IMG/VR virus record: IMGVR_UViG_3300044949_000260
Location: 1-40,014 of that record
Length of the DNA: 40,014 bases
Source of the DNA: a virus
Lineage: Duplodnaviria > Caudoviricetes
Reading direction: 5' to 3' (one strand)
Shown piece after piece: positions 34,619 through 40,014 of this stretch; within the stretch, counting starts at the first letter, position 1; every line of letters begins with the position of its first letter. Under the pieces are notes generated by a model, which did not search any database, was not told the DNA's origin, and saw only the letters and a program-made list of their open reading frames with translations. A program made the translations under genes and the position numbers.

Positions 34619-35068
34619 TCAGATCTGAATACTGAAGATGATGTCTTGCACGCCGTAACCTAGTCGAGGCATCATCTTCTCCAATGGCGTGCCAGTCTTG
34701 GCATGCCACAGCATCAGACGGGCGCCGCGCTCTTTTGCCGCCTCTTCCGTTTTGCGGATGAGTTGCAGTCCAAGTCGGCCACTCCTCTTGTCTTCGGTCA
34801 CAAAGAGCAAGTCGTTGCTACATGTTATGAGGTCGGCGTAGTGCGGATGATTGGTCACGACACTTACCGAGTACCCCACAATTCGATCGCCTTCAAACGC
34901 ACCGAGGATCAACAGCATGCCATTGGCCTCGAGGTTGCGGTACTTTTGCTCATCAGGCTTGAGCACCATCACCTGCTTGTTGAGGGCGATCTCCTCCCAG
35001 TGTTCAGAGAACAACTCGCCAGCATTGGCCAGCATCTCGTCGACATTCGATGGTCGGATTTCAGTCAT
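34619..35068 (-). CDS. GNAT-family acetyltransferase
   Basis: IVGYSV...DLLFV....RSGRLGLQLI...E..AKERGA (acetyl-CoA-binding motif A), RLGY. Confidence 0.85.
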   Translation of the reverse strand: MTEIRPSNVDEMLANAGELFSEHWEEIALNKQVMVLKPDEQKYRNLEANGMLLILGAFEGDRIVGYSVSVVTNHPHYADLITCSNDLLFVTEDKRSGRLGLQLIRKTEEAAKERGARLMLWHAKTGTPLEKMMPRLGYGVQDIIFSIQI

Positions 35069-35691
35069 GGGTTCCCCACTATTGACGCCACAGTAGTGGC
35101 TGAATTATCGGATACGGGTACCTGGTGCATCGGAAACATCGGCGTCACCGCGTCGATGATGATGTGAATGCGGTCGGTATCGCTGTCGTTTCGCGCTGAG
35201 TGTGTGACCTTGTGATCAAACCACCAGGCCTCGCCGGGCGCGAAGTGTTGGATGTCAGCGCCAGCAGTCAGCGTCGCATGCTCAGTGCCGGTGACGGCCA
35301 CATGGAAGCGAGCGTAGTGGTCAGCGTAGGTGCCCTCATCGATATGCGGCGTGACCACGCCACCCGGCTTGAGTTTGACGATCAGCACGCGGCCCAACTC
35401 CTCGACCTTGAGCACGCCAGCCAGCAATGGCCGGAGCACTGGGACCAGGACATCGGCCAGCGTGTCCATCACCGGGTAGTCGTAGGCGCCCTTGTCAAAC
35501 ATGTAGTAGTAGGGCGTGAACTTGTACGGGCCACGCGGGTAGATGCATTGTGTGTCTTTATGTGCCGAGCCGGTGTACTCCTGGCGAGCGGTGATCTCGT
35601 CCCACAGGTGTGGCATAGCCTCGAGCCTGGCACGGATTGGCTCGACATCGAGGCCCACGGCCACGCGCTCAAAGTTTCGCGTACGGGTCAT
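35065..35691 (-). CDS. Aspartyl/asparaginyl beta-hydroxylase-like 2OG-Fe(II) dioxygenase
   Basis: LKPGG.VTPHIDEG (HxD), RFHV, GEAWWFDH...HSA.N....DRIH.IID. Confidence 0.85.
   Translation of the reverse strand: MTRTRNFERVAVGLDVEPIRARLEAMPHLWDEITARQEYTGSAHKDTQCIYPRGPYKFTPYYYMFDKGAYDYPVMDTLADVLVPVLRPLLAGVLKVEELGRVLIVKLKPGGVVTPHIDEGTYADHYARFHVAVTGTEHATLTAGADIQHFAPGEAWWFDHKVTHSARNDSDTDRIHIIIDAVTPMFPMHQVPVSDNSATTVASIVGNP
35090..35122 (-). promoter_or_regulatory. Late promoter motif GGTACCCGTATCC-N14-TACTGT
   Basis: Upstream of the GNAT-portal operon, inside the 3' end of the hydroxylase ORF. Confidence 0.75.
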
Positions 35692-37201
35692 ACTCTTCCT
35701 TTATCTTGTAGCGGCCCAGTTCCTGCATGATCGATCGCTTGGGCGTGTCCATCAGCGCCAGGCAGTAGGCCGAGGCATAGTCAGGTGAGCGCCCGATCTT
35801 GTCGAGGATCTCTTCCCGGCTGGCCACGGCCACGGTCTGGCCCACCAGTTTCCAGGTCGGTGCGCACAGATCGGCCAGCAGGCGTTGATCAGGTGGCAAC
35901 GCGATGCCGCTGTTGTTTGCCGGGTCGAGCGCCTCACGCATGCGCCACCAAAGTTCGGATCGCTGGTTCTTGAAGCGCAGGCGCCCAGACTTGTCGAGGC
36001 CCAGCGCGGCTTCGGCCACATTGACGCCCAGGACTTGCTGGCCCATCTCGTTGAGGAAGTCGTACGGGCTGGACCCGACGCCAATCACATCGATGTGGAT
36101 CGGTGCGCGGTCACGCACTGCGGCCACCACCAGGCCGGCGATCGTCGGGCCGTCCGGGGTCTGCGTGCCAGGGTAGGCCAGCGGTTCATCGAACCACATG
36201 CCGTGCCGCTTGGCGATGATCGTGTTGTCCTTGCCACCTCGGGCCACATCAACGCCCATGCTATCCATCGGCAGGAGTTTGTCAGGACGCTTCCAGCGGG
36301 CCATAGCGGCCTCGACCCAGGCCGTGGGTATGACTTGCCAGGGGTCGTCCTCCATGCCCGCCTGGAAGTCGCCGTAGAGCATCTGTGAGCGCAGTGGCTC
36401 GGGTAGTGATTGCAGTTGTGCCATGTAGCCGGTCCCCATCAAGTAAGGGTTGTCGCTGATCCTCGACGGGATGAAGGTGCGCGACAGCGGCGTGATCAGT
36501 TCGCCGTTGTGGGTAAAGGGTTTACCCGAATCGACCTCGACATCCTTGCCGTCGACGGTCGCGAAGTAGCGCAGTTCGCCAGGCTCTGCCGGGTTCGGGT
36601 GCTTCTTGTCCAGCCATGGCGCAAAGAACTGGATGATCCAGCGGCCCTCGGCTGTGGTCGGCGGGTTGAATGTCAGCAAGGCCTGGCACTTCTGGCCAGG
36701 CACGGTTGTACGCAACCAGCCCAGCAGGAAGCGCACGGCAGACTCGCGCATGTTTGCGGCTTCGTCAAAGACCAGCAGGTCGTGCGGTCGGCCCTGGTAT
36801 TTCTTTTCGTCGTCCGGGTTTGGAAACGATCCGAACTCAAGTTGGATCTGCACGCCGTCGGCCCGCCTGGTGCGCCAGATGTTGTCCTTGCCGTTGTAGC
36901 CATTGCGGCCATTGAGCAGTTCAGTGATGCGGTCCAGCACACCGGTCAGTTCGGTGCCGTTCAATCGGAAGATGCCGATCTTGCGATGGCTGGTGAGTGC
37001 TTTGCCGCAGGCCAGGTCGGTCTTGCCACCACCCGCCGCGCCGCCGTAGCCGATGATGTCGGCCTCGCTCTCGTAGGCCATGGTCTGTGGCCCAGGCAGG
37101 GGGCGCCAGATTGTCTTGTCGCTGGTCAGCAGTGAGTCGAGTTCTGCGCGTTCTTCGTCGGTCAGATACGCCAGCAATGCAGGGTCAAACGCCGCCGCCA
37201 T
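35669..37201 (-). CDS. terL: Terminase large subunit
   Basis: Walker A YGGAAGGGKT, Walker B LLVFDEA, TFNPP coupling motif, nuclease GVDVARGG.D, GRSPD; likely start MAAAFDP at 37201. Confidence 0.92.
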   Translation of the reverse strand: MAAAFDPALLAYLTDEERAELDSLLTSDKTIWRPLPGPQTMAYESEADIIGYGGAAGGGKTDLACGKALTSHRKIGIFRLNGTELTGVLDRITELLNGRNGYNGKDNIWRTRRADGVQIQLEFGSFPNPDDEKKYQGRPHDLLVFDEAANMRESAVRFLLGWLRTTVPGQKCQALLTFNPPTTAEGRWIIQFFAPWLDKKHPNPAEPGELRYFATVDGKDVEVDSGKPFTHNGELITPLSRTFIPSRISDNPYLMGTGYMAQLQSLPEPLRSQMLYGDFQAGMEDDPWQVIPTAWVEAAMARWKRPDKLLPMDSMGVDVARGGKDNTIIAKRHGMWFDEPLAYPGTQTPDGPTIAGLVVAAVRDRAPIHIDVIGVGSSPYDFLNEMGQQVLGVNVAEAALGLDKSGRLRFKNQRSELWWRMREALDPANNSGIALPPDQRLLADLCAPTWKLVGQTVAVASREEILDKIGRSPDYASAYCLALMDTPKRSIMQELGRYKIKEEYDPYAKL

Positions 37202-37691
37202 TCTTGGCTTTCCGCGCCTGGGCTGTGGCCAGGATCGCTTGCAGTTTGGCCGCACGCTGGGTGTCGTCCATCGGCTCCATCAATGGGTTGTCAGGGTCAC
37301 CGGCCAAGGTGGTGCGGTCGCCATACTTTTTCGGGTTCCACTTGGCAAGCAACTTGAGCCGGTACTCTGCGCGGTTGCGTAGCCAGGCCACATGGGCGCT
37401 GTCGTATTTTGGATTGTCGCCACCGGTCATCAACGGCTCGGTATCGATGATCTCGAGCGCGTCGTCGGCAATGCAGTCATGGCCAATCTCACGCGCCTGC
37501 GCGAAGCGTTGAGCAAAGTCCTTGTCTTTCCCCATCCAAAGGTACACGGTCGAATAGTGGATGCCATTGTTGCGGCACCACTCACGCAAGGTTTTGCCGG
37601 TCGTGATCCATTCGCAGATCTCTTCGACTTTGTCTTGCGGCACAGGCTCTGGTGGCCTGCCTATCGGTCGCTTTTCAGTCTTCGCTTTCAT
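37185..37691 (-). CDS. terS: Terminase small subunit (Sf6/P22-like)
   Basis: GRP.....EEICE.I..GKTLR..C...TVY.W....F...AR..G.D.IAD...LLAKWNPKKYG; likely start MKAKTEK at 37691. Confidence 0.85.
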   Translation of the reverse strand: MKAKTEKRPIGRPPEPVPQDKVEEICEWITTGKTLREWCRNNGIHYSTVYLWMGKDKDFAQRFAQAREIGHDCIADDALEIIDTEPLMTGGDNPKYDSAHVAWLRNRAEYRLKLLAKWNPKKYGDRTTLAGDPDNPLMEPMDDTQRAAKLQAILATAQARKAKNGGGV

Positions 37692-37935
37692 CGATGATCT
37701 TTTTCCATCTATCCGGGGTTTGTGCTCGTCGCTCGTACTTGCAAATTTTTTTGATGGTGCTGAGTGGGATGTCGAAGATCTTGGCCAGTTTGCGGTAGCC
37801 CACTTCCTCGTCTTCGTGCATGTCACGGATTTTGTCTATGACCTCATCCGGGAGGCGGGCATTGTGGTGGGACGACCCGATTCGGTATCCCTGCTCATTA
37901 ACTGCCACATAATGCACGCGCTTTTTTCCCTTCAT
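37675..37935 (-). CDS. HTH DNA-binding protein, candidate late-gene activator
   Basis: G..HHNARL.D..I..IR.......YRKLAKIFDIPLSTIKKIC HTH; immediately upstream of terS. Confidence 0.7.
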   Translation of the reverse strand: MKGKKRVHYVAVNEQGYRIGSSHHNARLPDEVIDKIRDMHEDEEVGYRKLAKIFDIPLSTIKKICKYERRAQTPDRWKKIIDESED

Positions 37936-37936
37936 C

Positions 37937-38179
37937 TCATGTCATCAGGGTACTGCTTAACGCTTCGGGGGTTTCTTGCCCTTGTCCTTGCCATATCCCA
38001 TGATCATCTCCTTGAGAGTTGTGCGACATTGCACAGTATTGATTTTGCATCATCATTGAATTTTGTGCAACGATGTCGCCGGTAATTTCGAGCGCCCAAT
38101 TTATTCGTTGTGGGCTTATGTTCCATCCTTCGCGTGTCAGATCAAGGATGCGTTTTGCCTGGTGTAGTTCGTCTCTCAT
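37937..38179 (-). CDS. Hypothetical protein
   Basis: ATGA-coupled start; AKRILD..REG...I..AL..TGD N-terminal half looks genuine; the 3' half overlaps regulatory DNA. Confidence 0.6.
   Translation of the reverse strand: MRDELHQAKRILDLTREGWNISPQRINWALEITGDIVAQNSMMMQNQYCAMSHNSQGDDHGIWQGQGQETPEALSSTLMT
37957..38001 (-). CDS. Candidate 14-aa micropeptide MGYGKDKGKKPPKR
   Basis: AAGGAG-N6-ATG; Lys-rich; lies just downstream of an operator/promoter region. Confidence 0.45.
   Translation of the reverse strand: MGYGKDKGKKPPKR
38037..38072. promoter_or_regulatory. Operator-like palindromes (TATTGA-N7-TCATCA plus weaker CATTGA-N7-GCAACG)
   Basis: AT-rich; same N7 geometry as the early operators; upstream of the micropeptide/HTH/terS/terL unit. 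Confidence 0.45.
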
Positions 38180-38400
38180 GTTTTCCTTTTCGCGTGCATT
38201 GAAGCCATCACGGCTTTGAGTTGATCGACGGATTTGTTGCCACGCTTTTTGATTCGTTCGTCGAGTTCATCCCTGCGCTTCCACAGCGGCATGGTAAGTA
38301 GGTGCCTGGCTTCGCACTCAGTCATCCATTCCTTTGACCAGGAGCCGACGACACGCCCATCATGAAGCGTGACATCGATCTCGTACTTTTCGCGGCTCAA
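38176..38400 (-). CDS. Hypothetical protein
   Basis: Probable TTG start overlapping the upstream stop; ECEAR.LL....RR......KKRG motif. Confidence 0.65.
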   Translation of the reverse strand: MSREKYEIDVTLHDGRVVGSWSKEWMTECEARHLLTMPLWKRRDELDERIKKRGNKSVDQLKAVMASMHAKRKT

Positions 38401-38660
38401 TGTGGATTTGCCGATGCGGCCATGTGTTTGAAGTAGCCGTCGCAAATCTCGATGGCCTCGCGCATCACCATGGCATCAAATGCCTGGTCGAGTTTTGACT
38501 CTGCGTCCTCGTCATCGTTCCATCCGATCGCGAACGAGCACACGCCGTAGCCATCAGGCTGGCAAAAGAATCTCAACTCAGGCGCCCCTTCATCGTTTTG
38601 TTTTTTGATCATCACAATCTGGCCATACCTGGCCACATCAAACACTCGTGCAAATTTCAT
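38397..38660 (-). CDS. Hypothetical protein
   Basis: GAGGAG RBS; coupled to its neighbours. Confidence 0.75.
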   Translation of the reverse strand: MKFARVFDVARYGQIVMIKKQNDEGAPELRFFCQPDGYGVCSFAIGWNDDEDAESKLDQAFDAMVMREAIEICDGYFKHMAASANPH

Positions 38661-38761
38661 CTCTCTCTCCTCAAGTAAAAAACAAGAATGGCCGCTGACA
38701 GTGCAATGCCAATGCCCATGCCAATCATCACAGCCCCAATAAACATCAATGTCTGCCCCAT
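38657..38761 (-). CDS. Small single-TM protein (34 aa, MGQTLMFIGAVMIGMGIGIALSAAILVFYLRRER)
   Basis: GAGGTG RBS; ATGA overlap downstream; below the ORF-track length cutoff. Confidence 0.65.
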   Translation of the reverse strand: MGQTLMFIGAVMIGMGIGIALSAAILVFYLRRER

Positions 38762-38763
38762 GA

Positions 38764-39219
38764 TCACCTCACATATTCAAGTCTGATTGTTCGATACACG
38801 ACGCCGTCTGGCCATCGCTTGTCTGACTCGATGTCATACAGTTCGATGATGTGCTCTGCCTCGGCAAACTTCATGCGCTGATTGCGAATGCAAAACATGT
38901 AGATCAACGGCGCCTTTTGCGTTGAGTATGCGTCGATCAATTGCGGCAACAGCATGCGTTCTTTTTCTTTGATGTTCGGCGTGCCTTTGACATTGACCAC
39001 GAAGGTCCGCTCATCGCGCTGGATCACATAGTCCGGCATATTGCGAAGCACCGGGTTCAGGTTGTAGAACGCACCAACATTGGCGAACTTCTCATCAAAG
39101 CCAAGGCGCGTGCAGTTCCACCCATTGCGCTCGCACCATTGCTCAAACAATTCCTCGCCAATGTTGACGCCGACGCTTTGCCTGTCCTGGTAGTTTTGGT
39201 TTGCGTTGCCGTATGTCAA
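38764..39219 (-). CDS. PD-(D/E)XK nuclease-fold protein
   Basis: GEELFE..C...GW...MPDYVI......VVNVKG; TTG start with GAGGTG RBS. Confidence 0.55.
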   Translation of the reverse strand: MTYGNANQNYQDRQSVGVNIGEELFEQWCERNGWNCTRLGFDEKFANVGAFYNLNPVLRNMPDYVIQRDERTFVVNVKGTPNIKEKERMLLPQLIDAYSTQKAPLIYMFCIRNQRMKFAEAEHIIELYDIESDKRWPDGVVYRTIRLEYVR

Positions 39220-39653
39220 AACTCACCTCGATTTCTAAGTTCGTTCAGTCTTAGCAGTGTGTTCAATGAATCCTCCTGCTGTCTCCTGGTTGTGTTCATC
39301 TGCATTTCATCGGTGAGGTTCAGCGCCTGTCCAATGATGTTGAACTCCTCACCTGTTGTGCCCCACTTGCTTGTGCGATCGTGTCTGTCTTTCACTGATC
39401 GAATTGCCTTGAGCGACTGCTCCATCAGTTCGCGTGCCTCGACAGAATCAAAGTGATCGCCAGACATCACATATCCCCAATTCAGTCTGAAGCACACCGT
39501 GTTCCATGTGACAGGATCTGCCTCGCCTGTTTTGAATTTTTCGAGTTCTTGATGCGGTATCAATTGCAATGCAACCTCTGACTCTTTGTCATGTCGAAAG
39601 ATTTTTGGCAATGCACGCACAGGTTTTGGTTTGTACTTGCTTCGTTTTCTCAC
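39216..39653 (-). CDS. Hypothetical protein (MRKRSKYKPKPV family)
   Basis: GTG start coupled to the upstream stop; recognisable proteobacterial phage motif. Confidence 0.75.
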   Translation of the reverse strand: MRKRSKYKPKPVRALPKIFRHDKESEVALQLIPHQELEKFKTGEADPVTWNTVCFRLNWGYVMSGDHFDSVEARELMEQSLKAIRSVKDRHDRTSKWGTTGEEFNIIGQALNLTDEMQMNTTRRQQEDSLNTLLRLNELRNRGEF

Positions 39654-39961
39654 AATTGACCTCTTGATCTAATTGCGTCTGCAATTCGTTTTGAATGCTC
39701 AACTACTGCACGATCAAAACCAAATCGGTTTGGTTGAAATGGTGTAGGTGACAATCTGTTGTGAGCATCTTTTGTGTCTTGAAAATTCCTCCAATTTAAT
39801 TCTGCGACTTTTGCGCATGCCTCTCTTTCCTCCAGCACTGCGGCTTCAATCGCCTCTTGACTGGCCTCAATGATCGCGGCGTCGTGCTTGAGCAAAATCA
39901 GTTTGATCATCTTCAGCGCATTGGCTCCCAGGTGCTCGGCGGCTTTGTCGATGTTGCTCAT
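39650..39961 (-). CDS. Hypothetical protein (EREACAKV...IADAIR.RG family)
   Basis: Start MSNIDKAAEH at 39961 (duplicated at 86), coupled across the circular junction to gene 83..286. Confidence 0.75.
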   Translation of the reverse strand: MSNIDKAAEHLGANALKMIKLILLKHDAAIIEASQEAIEAAVLEEREACAKVAELNWRNFQDTKDAHNRLSPTPFQPNRFGFDRAVVEHSKRIADAIRSRGQL

Positions 39962-40014
39962 AACTTGATCCCTCTCACCAGGTGCTCTTGATTGATGCGC
40001 TTGCAATCGATCTC
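39889..40014. repeat. 126-bp terminal direct repeat, copy 2
   Basis: Identical to 14-139. Confidence 0.95.

Noticed and set aside
39889-40014. 126-bp repeat as a biological terminal repeat
   Set aside because: It falls in the middle of coupled genes and its length is typical of an assembler k-mer overlap; it indicates circularity only.
1-40014. tRNA genes, CRISPR arrays, IS elements, introns/inteins
   Set aside because: No cloverleaf, repeat-spacer array, transposase or intein signature was seen by eye, and TerL and portal are of normal length.

Overview
The window is an apparently complete, circularly permuted tailed-phage genome. Bases 14-139 are repeated exactly at 39889-40014, giving a unit length of about 39,875 bp. 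The virion module on the minus strand is podovirus-type and resembles Bordetella BPP-1 and Salmonella epsilon15: TerS, TerL, portal, gp10-like staple, scaffold, major capsid, Bbp16-like cement protein, tail tube A/B, three internal/ejection proteins, two tail fibres, holin and M15 endolysin. It is joined to a lambdoid-style early region with a Cro-like HTH, RusA-like resolvase, SSB, MazG-like protein, DUF1376-type initiator plus loader, and YqaJ/RecT recombinase. I saw no integrase, CI repressor, DNA polymerase, tRNA or DGR reverse transcriptase. The host is probably a freshwater betaproteobacterium (inference from gene families only). Highlights: (1) a 3126-aa polyvalent ejection protein with two ART-like, one HhH-glycosylase-like, one GNAT and one HExxH domain, and two same-strand +1-frame small genes with their own ribosome-binding sites overprinted in its linkers, which are candidate embedded antitoxin/immunity genes; (2) a four-copy late-promoter motif GGTACCCGTA(TCC/AGA)-N14-TAnnnT; (3) a TG(T/A)TGA-N7-TCA(A)CA operator family; (4) an RBS-sequestering hairpin upstream of the replication genes; (5) small basic proteins sharing the scaffold C-terminal motif; (6) a candidate anti-Shine-Dalgarno sRNA after the endolysin gene. 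All family assignments come from motif recognition, not from database searches.
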